A stretch of DNA of 64,000 nucleotides from an uncultured Candidatus Rokubacteria bacterium (GCA_963805625.1 CAWDVE010000016.1:256001-320000); one strand, 5' to 3'. Positions 31,856 to 42,992 are shown, counted from the first letter of the stretch. Notes: generated from the letters alone by a model not told the origin. Numbers and translations are program-made.

Positions 31856-33087
31856 CGTGCCACGACGCCCGCACGCAGCTGTCCGCGCTCTTGGACGACG
31901 CGCTTTCGGCTCCCGAGCATCGGGCGCTGGAGGCTCATCTGGCCGAGTGCGCCGAGTGCCGCCGGGAGCTGGAAGAGCTCCGCGGGACGGTGACGCTCCT
32001 GGGCCGGCTCCCACCCGTCCACGCGCCGGCCGGGTTCGTCGACCGGGTGATGGGAGAGGCCTACCGCCCGCCGTGGCCGAGGCGGCTGCTCGACGCGCTG
32101 TTCCGGCCGCTCCGGGTGAAGCTGCCGCTCGAGGCGGCGGCGGTGCTCCTGGTCGGCGTCTCGGCGCTCTATGTGTACCAGCACGCGCCGGAGGTGCAGC
32201 ACGTCGCCCGCCAGGGGACGCCCGCGTTGCCCATGGCCCCGGCCCAGCCGCCCGCGCCCCCTGCCGCGGGGGCGGGCGGGGACGCGTCGCGTCTCAAGGA
32301 CGTGGGCTCTCAGGCGAAGCGCGCGCCGGCCGAGCAAGAGGCGGCGCGCGACAAGATCGCTCATCCCCCCGTCGTGACGGCACCCGCAACCCCGAGCGCG
32401 CCCGGGCCCGTCCCACAGAGAGAGAACGCCCTGGAGGCACCGACCGCGAAGACTGGCGCGAAGCCCGCGCCCGCGTCGGAGCTGACGGCCGAGGTGACGC
32501 CTGAGGCGAAGAGGGAGGCGCTCGCCGAGCGGCGACCCGATACCTCGGGAACGGCGCCGCTGCCCGGCAAGGTCGAGAAGCTCGCGCAGTCGTCCGAGCC
32601 ACTGCCGTCACATGACGCGGCCGGGACGCGCGCCGCGTCGGGACCCTCGCCGGCCGAGCCCGCCCCTCCCTCGGCGGCCTCCGCATCGCCGCCCGAGGCG
32701 CGTGGCCGCGTGGGCGGCCTGGGATCCACGGCGCCGGCGGCGCCGGCGCACGAGGGCGCGGCCAGCGACACGCTCTCGACGGCGAAGTCCCGGAGCGCGG
32801 CGCGCCTCATGCGCGCGTCGGACGCAAGCGGGCGCCTGACGGTGCCCGCCCGCGACCCGGCCGAGGCTGCCCTCGACGCGCTCCTCGGCCGTCTCGGGGC
32901 CACGCGCGTGGCGCGACGGCTCGAGGGCAACCAGGGTCTGGTCTTCATCGACGTCGTCGTCCCCGTCGCGCGCTACCGCGAGCTGGTCGAGGGGCTCGGG
33001 AAGATCGGCCGGTGGACCACCGAGCACGAGGTCAAGACGCTCCCGCCTCAGGTCCGCGTCGAGGTCGCCGTCACCGTCGAGCCCTGA
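31852..33087 (+). CDS. zf-HC2 anti-sigma factor
   Basis: HLAECAEC (HxxxCxxC), one TM and a low-complexity periplasmic region. GTGA overlap with the sigma gene. Confidence 0.88.
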   Translation: MTCHDARTQLSALLDDALSAPEHRALEAHLAECAECRRELEELRGTVTLLGRLPPVHAPAGFVDRVMGEAYRPPWPRRLLDALFRPLRVKLPLEAAAVLLVGVSALYVYQHAPEVQHVARQGTPALPMAPAQPPAPPAAGAGGDASRLKDVGSQAKRAPAEQEAARDKIAHPPVVTAPATPSAPGPVPQRENALEAPTAKTGAKPAPASELTAEVTPEAKREALAERRPDTSGTAPLPGKVEKLAQSSEPLPSHDAAGTRAASGPSPAEPAPPSAASASPPEARGRVGGLGSTAPAAPAHEGAASDTLSTAKSRSAARLMRASDASGRLTVPARDPAEAALDALLGRLGATRVARRLEGNQGLVFIDVVVPVARYRELVEGLGKIGRWTTEHEVKTLPPQVRVEVAVTVEP

Positions 33088-33113
33088 CCACGTTCCCTCG
33101 ACACCTCCTCCGG

Positions 33114-33141
33114 GGAACTTTCTCGCCGGTGGCCGGTCCAA
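33114..33141 (+). promoter_or_regulatory. ECF (sigmaE-like) promoter upstream of the DUF4139 gene
   Basis: GGAACT-N16-GTCCAA. Confidence 0.65.
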
Positions 33142-33185
33142 GAGACCGAGCTGTCAGATTCGACGAGACCCAGGAGGAGCCACCG

Positions 33186-34598
33186 ATGCGCCGTCCCATC
33201 CCCCTGATGCTGCTCACCCTCGCCGCCCTGTCTCCGGGAGGCCCGGCCGCGGCCGCGCCCCCGCTCGCCATCACGCGCGAGAGCCAGCGCGACTTGATGA
33301 TCACGATCTACAACGGCAACCTCGGGCTGGTGAAGGACACGCGGGAGGCGCGGCTGCCCGCGGGCATGAGCGAGGTCCAGTTTGCCGACGTCGCCGCGCA
33401 GATCGACCCGACGTCCGTCCATCTCAAGTCGCTGACGGTTCCCGCCGAGCTGCGCATCCTCGAGCAGAACTACGAGTACGATCTCCTGTCAGCCCAGAAG
33501 CTCCTCGAGAAGTACGTCGGGCGCAAGGTCCGTCTCTACCAGGGCAACGGCTCCTACCTCGAGGCGACGCTCCTCTCGACCGACGGGCCCGTCTACGAAA
33601 TCAATGGCGAGATCCACATGGGCCACCACGGCCAGCTCGTGTTCCCGTCCCTGCCCGAGAACCTGGTCTCGAAGCCCACGCTACTGTGGCTGCTCCGGAA
33701 CGCGGCGACTGCGCCCCAGCGGATCGAGGCGTCGTACCTCACCGGCGGCATCACCTGGAAGGCCGACTACGTGGTGATCCTCAACGCCGCCGACGACCGC
33801 GCCGACCTGACAGGGTGGGTGACGATCGACAACAAGAGCGGGGCGACGTACAAGGATGCGGCGCTCAAGCTCGTGGCCGGCGACGTGAACCGCGCGCGCG
33901 AGGACCGCACCCGGCAGGCGATGGAGATGGCGGCGAAGTCCGGGGCGGCGGTGCCGGCCTCCCGCGACTTCGTCTCCGAGGGGTTCTTCGAGTACCATCT
34001 CTACACACTCGACGGCCGGACCACAATCAAGGACAAGCAGACCAAGCAGCTCACGCTCATGACCGCGGCCGGCGTGCCGATCCGGAAGGAGCTCGCCTTC
34101 TTCGGCGCGCGCGACTACTATCGCTCGCAGTACGGCACGCCCATGAGCAACCAGAAGGTGAGCGTGTTCGTCGAGCTCACCAACGCCAAGGCGAACAACC
34201 TCGGGGTGCCGCTGCCGAAGGGCAAGATCCGAGTCTACAAGGCGGACAAGTCCGGCAGCCAGGAGCTCGTGGGCGAGGACTGGATCGACCACACCGCGAA
34301 GGACGAGCGCGTCCGGATCAAGATGGGCGAGGCGTTCGACGTCGTGGGCGAGCGGACCCAGCGCGACTGGAGGAAGATCGGCGGATCGACCTACGAGGTC
34401 GAGTGGGAGATCAGCCTGCGCAACCACAAGAAGGAGGACGTGGTCGTGAGCGTGATCGAGCCCATCCCGGGCGACTGGGAGGTTCTCCGCGAGACCCAGC
34501 CTCACGAGAAGCTCGAGGCGCACACGCTCCGCTACCAGGTTCCGGTGCAGCAGGAGGGCGCGGCGAAGGTCACCTACCGTGTCCGCCTGCGGTTCTAG
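33186..34598 (+). CDS. DUF4139-domain secreted protein
   Basis: Signal peptide; TIYNGNLGLVKD, EQNYEYDL, WKADY, EYHLYTL and GEAFDV motifs. Confidence 0.85.
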   Translation: MRRPIPLMLLTLAALSPGGPAAAAPPLAITRESQRDLMITIYNGNLGLVKDTREARLPAGMSEVQFADVAAQIDPTSVHLKSLTVPAELRILEQNYEYDLLSAQKLLEKYVGRKVRLYQGNGSYLEATLLSTDGPVYEINGEIHMGHHGQLVFPSLPENLVSKPTLLWLLRNAATAPQRIEASYLTGGITWKADYVVILNAADDRADLTGWVTIDNKSGATYKDAALKLVAGDVNRAREDRTRQAMEMAAKSGAAVPASRDFVSEGFFEYHLYTLDGRTTIKDKQTKQLTLMTAAGVPIRKELAFFGARDYYRSQYGTPMSNQKVSVFVELTNAKANNLGVPLPKGKIRVYKADKSGSQELVGEDWIDHTAKDERVRIKMGEAFDVVGERTQRDWRKIGGSTYEVEWEISLRNHKKEDVVVSVIEPIPGDWEVLRETQPHEKLEAHTLRYQVPVQQEGAAKVTYRVRLRF

Positions 34599-34644
34599 GC
34601 GCGCCCCCGCTCGTGGCCGCGGGCAGCAGTGGACTGCCCGATCA

Positions 34645-34975
34645 CTACGGGATGCTTCGGTATCGCCTCGATCGTAGCAGGGTGGTCACGGCCACCCCGA
34701 TCAGGCCGCGGCTGGCCAGCGGCCCGAGCCGCCGGAGGAGCCGCCGGTAGACGGCCCGCCGCCCTCGACTGACGGCGAACGGTATCAGGGAGGGCGAGGG
34801 CGACGGCCTCCGGAAGCGTGCTGAGAGGGATGCCGTTGAAGACGCCGTGGTCGGTCGAGGGGACCAGCAGGAGCACGCCAAAGAGGACCAGCAGCAGGTG
34901 CGCCAGCGGCACGCCCGCTGGTGGCACGCGTGCCGCCGAACGACCGTTCCTCCAGGCGACGCCGTCCAGCGAGAC
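34645..34975 (-). pseudogene. Frameshifted, truncated membrane-protein remnant
   Basis: Hydrophobic N-terminus (LLLVLFGVLLLVPS..GIPLS) continues in another frame (LIPFAVSRG..) and then ends. Confidence 0.35.
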
Positions 34976-35007
34976 GGTCGCGGCCCCTGTGTCGGGACGG
35001 AGCCGGA

Positions 35008-36252
35008 CTAGCCGAAGCGGTCGGGATCGAGCAGGCGCACGTCGGCTGGGGGGGGCGAGCCCCCCGCGAGCTGGGCGACAAGCTTGCCGGTCGCCGGGCC
35101 CATCGACATGCCGACCATGGCGTGACCGGCCGCGACGACGAGGTTGTCGAACCGCCGGGGGCGTCCGACGAGCGGCAGGCCGTCGGGCGTGCACGGGCGG
35201 AGGCCCCGCCAGATCTCCAGGAGCTCCAGGCTCTCGCCGCCCTCGATGCAGGCGAGCGCCTTTCGGCGCAGGGCCTCCACGCGGCGGCGGTTGATCGAGA
35301 GGTCCATTCCGGCGAGCTCGAGGGTGCCGCCGAACCGGAGGAACTCGCCCATTGGCGTGACCGAGAAGCGGCCCTCGGCGGGGAGGAGGGGAATCGTCGG
35401 GGCTCGCGCCGGGCGGCGGTACGTGAGGCTATAGCCCTTGGCGGCCTGGATCGGCACGCGGAGCCCGAGGGCGCGGCCCACGTCCGGTGACCAGGCGCCC
35501 GCCGCCAGGACGACGGTGCCGGCAGAGAACGCCCCGCGCGTCGTCTCGATCTCCGTGACGCGGCTGCCATTCGTCCGAAAGCCGATCGCCTCGGTACCGG
35601 TTCGCACTCGCACGCCGACGGATTCGGCGAGCTTCGCAAGCCCCTTGACGAAGCGGTCGGGCACGAGCAGGGCGTCCTCCCGGCAGTAGAGCGCGCCGAC
35701 GACGCTGGCCCCCAGGGCTGGCTCGGCCGACCGCGCCTCTCCGCCGTCCAGGACCTCGACGGTCGCGCCGCCCTCGCGGAGGAGCTTGGCTTCCTCGCGG
35801 CCGTGGGCCAGGCCCTCGGGCGTGGAGAACACCGTCATCGAGCCTGCCTGGCGGAACCCGAAGTCGAGCTCCTTCTCGGCGAACTCGCGGTAGAGCTCGA
35901 GACTCTCCACGCTCAGCCGCCGGAGGAGCGGCATGGCGCGCCGCACGCGACCCGGTGTGCACGCGGCCCGGAAGCGCCAGAGCCACCGGGCGAGCTCGAG
36001 GCTTGCCCGCGGCTTGATGTAGAAGGGGCTCTCAGGGTTCAGCATCCACTTGACGCCCTGCCACCACACGCCCGGGGCTGCGAGCGGCACGAGGTGGCTC
36101 GGGACGATCAGCCCGGCGTTGCCGTACGAGCTGCCGGCGCAGATCTCTCCCTTCTCGAGGAGCGTGACCTCCCAGCCGTCCCGCGCGAGGTAGTACGCGG
36201 AGCTGACGCCGATGACTCCGCCGCCGATCACCACGACGCTGCGTCCGCTCAT
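35008..36252 (-). CDS. D-amino acid dehydrogenase (DadA-like FAD oxidoreductase)
   Basis: VIGGGVIG, SYGNAG, KGYS, WRGLRPCTPDGLP and GHAMVG motifs. Confidence 0.9.
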   Translation of the reverse strand: MSGRSVVVIGGGVIGVSSAYYLARDGWEVTLLEKGEICAGSSYGNAGLIVPSHLVPLAAPGVWWQGVKWMLNPESPFYIKPRASLELARWLWRFRAACTPGRVRRAMPLLRRLSVESLELYREFAEKELDFGFRQAGSMTVFSTPEGLAHGREEAKLLREGGATVEVLDGGEARSAEPALGASVVGALYCREDALLVPDRFVKGLAKLAESVGVRVRTGTEAIGFRTNGSRVTEIETTRGAFSAGTVVLAAGAWSPDVGRALGLRVPIQAAKGYSLTYRRPARAPTIPLLPAEGRFSVTPMGEFLRFGGTLELAGMDLSINRRRVEALRRKALACIEGGESLELLEIWRGLRPCTPDGLPLVGRPRRFDNLVVAAGHAMVGMSMGPATGKLVAQLAGGSPPPADVRLLDPDRFG

Positions 36253-36478
36253 GCACGTCCTCCGCTGGGTGGATCCGCTGGCCTCGCGTTCGGGCCTGGC
36301 TCGCGTGCCCCCATCGAAGATACGCGACCTTCCCAGCCGTCGCCAGGGGTCGTCCGTGCCCCAGGGCTATTGCGCTCCCCCGCGCGGGTCGTCTAACATG
36401 CGCCGCGGGTGGCCCCGTGTCGTGGGCCGTCACAGCGATGCACCCCGAGAACCCGCCTGGTGGGCCGAGGAGGACTCA

Positions 36479-37300
36479 ATGAAGATCCGTACTGGCCGTG
36501 GATTGTTCGCGCTCCTCGCGACGCTGACCGTGCTGCTGGTGGTGGCCGCCGTCTCGCCGGCCCTGGCGCAGGACAAGTCCCTGATCAAGGAGATCCAGCA
36601 GCGCGGCGAGCTGCGCGTCGGCTACGCGCTCGCCGACCCCCACGCGATCAAGGACTCCGCCTCGGGGCAATGGAAGGGCATCGCCGTGGAGGTGATGGAG
36701 GAGTGGGCGAAGGAGCTCAACGTCAAGCACGTGGCCGTGGACACGAGTTGGGACGCCATGATCGCTGGGCTCCAGGCGGGCAAGTACGACGTGGCCGCGG
36801 CGCTCAACCGGCGGCCCGCCCGCGCGCTCGTGGTGACGTTCTCGATGCCCTACATGTCCGACATCGGCACGTTCGCGATGAACCGTGACAAGGTCAAGGC
36901 CAAGAGCTGGGCGGAGCTCGACAAGAAGGGCACGAAGATCGCGGTCGTCATGGGCACGGCGGAGGACAAGGCGCTGACCCGGATCGTCAAGGCGGCGGAG
37001 CTCGTGCGTCTCCCCGACCAGAACGAGGCGCGCATGGCCGTTCAGTCCGGGCGGGCGGCGGCATTCTTCGACGACATCTCGGGTAACGCCAAGCTAGCCA
37101 AGGAGAACAAGGCGTACCGGCTGATCATCCCTGATCCGGCCATCGAGGTTGAGGGGATCGCGTACGCCATCCGCAAGGGCTACCCGCACGACGATCTCCA
37201 GGCCCTCGATATCATGGTCGAGAACTTCGTGAACACCGGGAAGCTCCGGGCGGCCCAGGAGAAGTACGGGCTCCCCAATCCTCAGGACTTCGTGAAGTAG
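36479..37300 (+). CDS. Polar amino-acid ABC transporter substrate-binding protein
   Basis: Signal peptide; IQQRGELRVG and WDAMIAGLQAGKYD motifs. Confidence 0.9.
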   Translation: MKIRTGRGLFALLATLTVLLVVAAVSPALAQDKSLIKEIQQRGELRVGYALADPHAIKDSASGQWKGIAVEVMEEWAKELNVKHVAVDTSWDAMIAGLQAGKYDVAAALNRRPARALVVTFSMPYMSDIGTFAMNRDKVKAKSWAELDKKGTKIAVVMGTAEDKALTRIVKAAELVRLPDQNEARMAVQSGRAAAFFDDISGNAKLAKENKAYRLIIPDPAIEVEGIAYAIRKGYPHDDLQALDIMVENFVNTGKLRAAQEKYGLPNPQDFVK

Positions 37301-37421
37301 GGCCTCCCCTGGCGGCACCGGCGCCTGGACGCGGCTCGAACGTCACGTCCGGGCGCCGGCCCACTGCAGCCCGCCTGACCGTCGACGCTAGCGCGGGCGG
37401 GCGCCCGCAGGATCGACTCCC

Positions 37422-38090
37422 GTGACCTACGACTGGGCGTGGCGCATCATCCCGAGAGCGCTTCCGGCCCTCTTCCTGGGCCTCAAGATGACGCTCGCGG
37501 TCACCGTCGTCGTCATCATCCTCGGTCTCCTCCTCGGCACGGTCGTCGCGGCCGGCCGCCTGGCGCGGAGCGCGCTCATCAACAAGCCGGTCGCGCTCTA
37601 CATCGAGTTCTTCCGCGGTACGCCGGCGCTGATCCAGCTGGTGTGGATCTACTACTGCCTGCCGATCGTGTTTGGGCTGGAGCTGCCGACCTTCGCCTCG
37701 ATCATCGTGGCGCTCACGCTCAACGTGGGAGCGTTCTACGGCGAGGCCATCCGAGCAGGCATCCAGGCGATCCCCCGCGACCAGACGGAGGCTGCCGACG
37801 TGCTCGGCCTGGGTTACGTCGACAAGATGCGGTTCGTGGTCCTGCCGCAGGCGTTCCGGATCATCATTCCGGTGGCCCTGTCCCAGAGCATCAGCCTGTT
37901 CAAGGACACCGCGCTCGTGTCGACGCTCGGCGTCGCCGACCTCATGTACCAGGCCCGGGTGCTCGCCACCGAGACGTACCGGCCCATCGAGGTCCTTTCC
38001 ACCGCGGCGCTCATCTACTTCGTGATCGCCTTCCCCTTGACCGTCGCTACGCGCCTCCTCGAGGTGCGGCTGGCGACGGTCCGCCGGTAG
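37422..38090 (+). CDS. Amino-acid ABC transporter permease
   Basis: [22 protein letters not shown] loop and KDTALVS motifs. Confidence 0.93.
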   Translation: MTYDWAWRIIPRALPALFLGLKMTLAVTVVVIILGLLLGTVVAAGRLARSALINKPVALYIEFFRGTPALIQLVWIYYCLPIVFGLELPTFASIIVALTLNVGAFYGEAIRAGIQAIPRDQTEAADVLGLGYVDKMRFVVLPQAFRIIIPVALSQSISLFKDTALVSTLGVADLMYQARVLATETYRPIEVLSTAALIYFVIAFPLTVATRLLEVRLATVRR

Positions 38091-38094
38091 ACGT

Positions 38095-38856
38095 GTGATC
38101 AGCGCACGGCGTCTCGACAAGCGATTCGGATCGCTGCACGTCCTGCGGGACGTGAGCCTCGAGGTAGGCCAGGGTCAGGCAGTCGTCGTCATCGGGCCGA
38201 GCGGCTCCGGCAAGAGCACGCTCCTCCGATGCCTGATCGGGCTCGAGACCCCCGATGCGGGGGAGATTCACATCGACGGTCAGCCCTTCATCCGGCGTCA
38301 GGCGGGCGACCGCGGGTCCCTCCGGCGGACCGCGGAGTTTCGCCGGGTCCAGCGATCGATGGGCATGGTCTTCCAGCAGTTCAGTTTGTTTCCCCATCTG
38401 ACCGTGGTGGAGAACATCGCCCTGGCCCCGGTGCGCGTGCTCGGACTCGGTGCCGAGGCAGCGCGCGCCCGAGCGCGTGCCCTCCTGGCGAAGGTCGGTC
38501 TCGTCGAGAAGGCCGACGCCTATCCGGAGAAGCTCTCGGGGGGACAGAAGCAGCGCGTCTCGATCGCTCGCGCCCTCGCGCTCGAGCCGCGCATCATGCT
38601 CTTCGACGAGGTCACCTCGGCGCTGGACCCGGAACTCATCCACGAGGTGCTGGCGGTGATGCGGCAGCTCGCCACGGACGGCATGACGATGGTAGTCGTC
38701 ACCCACGAGATGGGCTTCGCCAACAAGGTGGCGGACCGCGTCATCTTCATGGATCAGGGGGTCATCGTCGAGGAAGGGCGCCCGGCGGACCTGTTCGGCT
38801 CGCCGCGCGAGGTCCGGACCCGCGCGTTCCTGGACAAGGTCCTGACGCACATCTGA
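38095..38856 (+). CDS. Amino-acid ABC transporter ATP-binding protein
   Basis: [28 protein letters not shown] and VTHEM motifs. Confidence 0.95.
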   Translation: MISARRLDKRFGSLHVLRDVSLEVGQGQAVVVIGPSGSGKSTLLRCLIGLETPDAGEIHIDGQPFIRRQAGDRGSLRRTAEFRRVQRSMGMVFQQFSLFPHLTVVENIALAPVRVLGLGAEAARARARALLAKVGLVEKADAYPEKLSGGQKQRVSIARALALEPRIMLFDEVTSALDPELIHEVLAVMRQLATDGMTMVVVTHEMGFANKVADRVIFMDQGVIVEEGRPADLFGSPREVRTRAFLDKVLTHI

Positions 38857-39017
38857 GCGGGCTTCCCGGACGCAGCCCGCGCGAGGGCCGGGCCGGAATC
38901 GCCGGGCGCCGGCGGGGGGCTCGGTCGCGGCGCGGATCTTCCCCTTGTCTGGCTGGCCGCCTGACGTGCCAGTGACACGGTCATGCCCGAGGCGTAGTGC
39001 CGCCACTGTATCCCATG

Positions 39018-40070
39018 TCACGGGCCTGCACGCCGAAGCACCAGCTCGAGATTCTGCGGCGACTGCTGACGGTCGCCGGCTTCCACCTCGCGCACGGCCG
39101 CCACGATCGCGGCCGAGACCGGCGTGGGAATGCCGGTCTGCCGGCCCTGCGCCACCACGTAGCCGTTCATCTCGCCGATCTCCGTCAGCCGGCCCTTGGC
39201 GACGTCCTGAGCCATCGAGGCGCGCCAGCTGCGGGCGGTGGCGGCGGCCGGGGTGAGCATCCGGTCGAGCGCCTCCCACGTCTCGCGTCGATCGGCATCC
39301 GCCCACTGTTCGGCGGGCGCCCCGCCGAACGCGGGGACCCGGTGCCCGAGCGCGAGCCCGACGCGCGCGGATTCGGCCGCGAGGCGAATCATCAGCGTCC
39401 GCCCGACCTCGCTGGAGGCGACCTCGAGCGAGCCGAGCCCGGACAGGGCCTGGAGCGGGTTGCTCATGGCGTTCTGGGAGAGCTTGGCCCAGCGCTCGCC
39501 CCAGAGGTTGTCCGTGGCCCGGGCCCCATCGATCACCGAGAGCATCTGGGCGAGCTCCTGCACGCGCGGCGTGATCCGGCCGTCGTGCTCGCCGGCCCGG
39601 AACACGTCGTGTCCCGCGCCCTGCCCCTTCTCCATCCCGCGCTCGACGTGTCCCGGCGTCCAGAGCGCGACGCCGATCTTCGACATGACCAGGCCGACCG
39701 ACCGGGTCGCCCCGGCGATGCTGGCCACGATCGGATCGGGCCAGCAGTTCTGCGCCGACACGATGGCGCCGGTCGGCGCCGCGTGGCGCAGGGCGAGCTG
39801 GGTCGCCCAGGCCGTGTCGTAGGCCTTCATCGCGACGAAGGCGATCTCGAAGTCGTGGGGCAGGCGGGCCGCCTCGTGGAGGTGCACGGCGGCCGGGCGG
39901 GCGACGAACGGCTCGTGGGGACCCTCGACGGCCAGGCCGTCCCGGCGGATGGCCTCCACCTGCTCGGCCCAGGGGTCGATGAGGGTGACGTCGTGACCGG
40001 CTCGCGCCAGGTGGCCGCCCAAGTAGCTCCCGATCGCCCCCGCGCCGACGAACAGCAACCGTTTCGTCAT
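39018..40070 (-). CDS. Ketopantoate reductase (PanE/ApbA) family protein
   Basis: GAGAIG, KAYD, QN, WAKL..N and SMAQD..GR.TEI..NG motifs. Confidence 0.85.
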   Translation of the reverse strand: MTKRLLFVGAGAIGSYLGGHLARAGHDVTLIDPWAEQVEAIRRDGLAVEGPHEPFVARPAAVHLHEAARLPHDFEIAFVAMKAYDTAWATQLALRHAAPTGAIVSAQNCWPDPIVASIAGATRSVGLVMSKIGVALWTPGHVERGMEKGQGAGHDVFRAGEHDGRITPRVQELAQMLSVIDGARATDNLWGERWAKLSQNAMSNPLQALSGLGSLEVASSEVGRTLMIRLAAESARVGLALGHRVPAFGGAPAEQWADADRRETWEALDRMLTPAAATARSWRASMAQDVAKGRLTEIGEMNGYVVAQGRQTGIPTPVSAAIVAAVREVEAGDRQQSPQNLELVLRRAGP

Positions 40071-40189
40071 CGGACCTCCATGTCGATCTCCAGCTCGGAG
40101 GAGCGGACTCCACCGGTGCTACCACGCAGGTATTCCCCGACAGCCCGGCGTGCGGGGACCTGGGCGGACCTGGGCGCCACGAGCCCCGA

Positions 40190-41140
40190 CTACGAGCTCA
40201 GCACGCGGACGGGTGCGCCGGCGAGAAACGCGCGGACGTCCTCGAGCGCCTGCGGGTAGAAGATCCGGTAGGTCTCCTCGGTCACGTAGCCGAGGTGCGG
40301 GGTGATCACGGTGTTCGGCAGCCGGCGGAGCGGGTGATCCGGCGGGAGCGGCTCCTCGTCGTAGACGTCGAGTCCCGCGCCCGCGATCGCGCCGGCCCGG
40401 AGGGCCGCGATCAGCGCCCGCTCGTCCACGATCGGCCCGCGCGAGGTGTTGACCAGGTACGCGCTCGGTCGCATGAGGGCGAGCTCGCGGGCTTCGAGGA
40501 GCCCCCGGGTACGCTCGCCCAGCACCAGGTGGATCGTGATGACGTCGGCGCGCGCGAGGAGCTCGTCCTTGCTCCCCGCCAGGGTCGCGCCGGCCGCTGC
40601 GGCGCGATCGGCGGTGAGATTCTGGCTCCAGGCGAGCACCTCCATCTCGAACGCCCGCCCGACACGCGCCACGCGCGAGCCGAGCTGTCCCAGTCCGAGC
40701 ACGCCCAGGGTCTTGCCGCTGAGGGTCGTCCCGAGGGTCTCCTGCCAGCGGCCGTCCCGGGTCGCTCGATCCTCGTGGGGCACGTGGCGGACGAGCGCGA
40801 GGATGAGAGCCCAGGTCAGCTCGGCCGTCGGGGAGGGGAGGCCCCCCGTGCCGCAGACGAGGACGCCGCGCTCGGCGGCCGCGCGAAGGTCGATCGACGC
40901 GTTCCGCGTCCCGGTGGTCACCAGGAGGCGCAGGCGCGGCAGGCGTGCGATGAGGCTGCGAGGAAAGGGGGTGCGCTCCCGCATTGCCACCACCACGTCG
41001 AAGTCGGCGAGCCGGGCCGCCACGCTGGCCTCGTCCGGCACGTGGTCCCGGAACACCACCACGTCGGCCGGGAGGCTCGCCCAGTCGGCCAGCCGGAGCG
41101 CCACTCCCTGGTAGTCGTCGAGGACCGCGACGCGCGTCAC
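40190..41140 (-). CDS. D-2-hydroxyacid dehydrogenase
   Basis: VLDDYQ, MRERTPF, GLGQLG, NTSRGPIVDE and TPHLGY motifs. Confidence 0.92.
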   Translation of the reverse strand: MTRVAVLDDYQGVALRLADWASLPADVVVFRDHVPDEASVAARLADFDVVVAMRERTPFPRSLIARLPRLRLLVTTGTRNASIDLRAAAERGVLVCGTGGLPSPTAELTWALILALVRHVPHEDRATRDGRWQETLGTTLSGKTLGVLGLGQLGSRVARVGRAFEMEVLAWSQNLTADRAAAAGATLAGSKDELLARADVITIHLVLGERTRGLLEARELALMRPSAYLVNTSRGPIVDERALIAALRAGAIAGAGLDVYDEEPLPPDHPLRRLPNTVITPHLGYVTEETYRIFYPQALEDVRAFLAGAPVRVLSS

Positions 41141-42101
41141 CCGCTCACTATGGGGCCAGGCCCGCGCCCCGGCAAGTGACGACGCGTCCGCGCGCTTCCG
41201 GCCGCGGAGGGCCCCTTCGTTTGGCCTGTCAGCTTCATGGCGGCGGTCTCGGGATCAAAACTGAAACGAGCAGCGAGCGGATATTGGCACCGACGATGTC
41301 GTTCGCGCCCCGCAGCGCTCAGGGGTCACCGTTGAGCACCCGCCGATCCACAATGTCATGATTGCTACGACGCTTAGCGTCTTGATCAGATGATGGTCGG
41401 CTGGAGTTGCCCGGGTACCCATAGCAGCCTCCTCGCGCGGCCCGGGCCAATCTGACAGGATGCGCGGCCCCGTCGCCTCGCCGCCCTAGTACGCGCTCCC
41501 CAGGCTGCACTTGTAAACCCTCCGCTCAGCCCGGAATCAGCCGCAAGCGGTCGTCGTCCCACGTCGCCACGTAGAGCCCCCGTGATCTGTCGCCATGCCA
41601 TGCCCCACCGTGGCAGGCTCACCGGCCCGTTCCGGAGTCTTGGAACAGCCAGCGAGGGGGGACTATAGGCGGTGTGTTACAGGCGCCACTTACTTCGACC
41701 TTCGACGACAGTTGCCGAGTCACCGGCCTCTCGGATTTCGCTCGCACATCTCGACCGTGGTCCGCTCGCACCGGTCCTGGCATGGCGGGGGGGCCATTGG
41801 ACATCTTCATGGCGCCGCCGCCGTCCGCACGACGGACCCGAATCGGGATGACAGTCAGTGCACATGCATACCGTCTCTTGCGACTACATCGAATCCGCAG
41901 ACAGATAGCGGAAGTGAGCTCTTCGCGGCTGACGGCGCCCGCGCCGCCCGCAGCCACGCGAGTCAAGACGCCGTGGCTCGCGGGCTACCTGGTTTCTATG
42001 CCGATCTGAAGGGCCCGAGGAGTTGCTGGCCGACCACGACCTCGAGGAAGGGCGCAGACCTCGATCCTACACGGGGCGTGTGACGCTGCCGGGACGCACC
42101 G

Positions 42102-42671
42102 TTAGCCGACCAGAGGCGATTGGGCGTTTCTCAGCTTCCGCCACACTCCCAATCCCGCGAGGCTTGAGCCAACGAGGAGGAAACTAGATGGCTCAGGAAC
42201 GGGGGAGGAACGCAAGAAATGCAGAGAGGATATCTGCACGAAGCCACCCGTATTATGCCAAGTCAGGTATGCTATCGAGCCACTCAGTGCTTCGGTCCCC
42301 GAACCTTCGCCAACAAAGCCATCCAGCAGATTATCCGCCGAGTCGAAAGCATCGATGTGAATTGGACCTAGGCCCGCGAATGTCCACCAGTCAACCGATA
42401 GATCGCTCACAGGACCACCCAGAAAGTCGATCCGAGCAACATTGTTCGAGCCGATAGGGAAGACAGATAGACCCATCTGATCAAACGGGTCCCGCGAATC
42501 CAAGTACCAATAGGCGTTTTGGATACCGAGCCCGAAGCCGCTCCATTGCGTCGTCACCGGATCCAAGTTGTCGATCGACGGAACCTCGGTTTTGTTAAAG
42601 TTAATCGTTTCTGCCTGCGCCACGTTCACACATGCGAATACCAGGAGCCCTGCAAGGACTTGCCGGTTCAT
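42102..42671 (-). CDS. PEP-CTERM sorting domain surface protein
   Basis: Signal peptide (AQA), C-terminal VPEPSS + TM + RKLR, AGGAG RBS, lower GC than the flanks. Confidence 0.9.
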   Translation of the reverse strand: MNRQVLAGLLVFACVNVAQAETINFNKTEVPSIDNLDPVTTQWSGFGLGIQNAYWYLDSRDPFDQMGLSVFPIGSNNVARIDFLGGPVSDLSVDWWTFAGLGPIHIDAFDSADNLLDGFVGEGSGTEALSGSIAYLTWHNTGGFVQISSLHFLRSSPVPEPSSFLLVGSSLAGLGVWRKLRNAQSPLVG

Positions 42672-42992
42672 TTTCTCCTGCCTTTCTCTAAGCCTATTTG
42701 ACTGACGTAGCTTCGCGGTTCAGGCTCGGCCACCCCGAGAATGGCCCGGTCTTCATTGAGCAGGAGATTGTATTTGCGGTGCCGCGGGACCGCTGTTCCC
42801 ATCGCCGCCCACTTCGGCTGCCTCGATGATGTGGTCCAGGGCGCCAACGGCCCTCCCCGCTGAAGAAGGCTTTTCCCCGGGGGCTAAGCGATCTGCTCCA
42901 GATGCGGCGGATCATCGGTTTGCTCGCCCTTCACCTCTGTCGGATCTGAGACGAACGCACTTCTTGCGGCTTGGGAGTGACCCCCAGGCTTG

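Noticed and set aside
41150-42100. tmRNA/ncRNA or real genes in this gap
   Set aside because: No tRNA-like ends and no ORF with recognisable motifs; appears to be degraded sequence.
42680-42770. c-di-GMP-II-like riboswitch in the PEP-CTERM leader
   Set aside because: Only scattered similarity (ATGAAG, CCTGA, AGCTA); the conserved core could not be built by eye.
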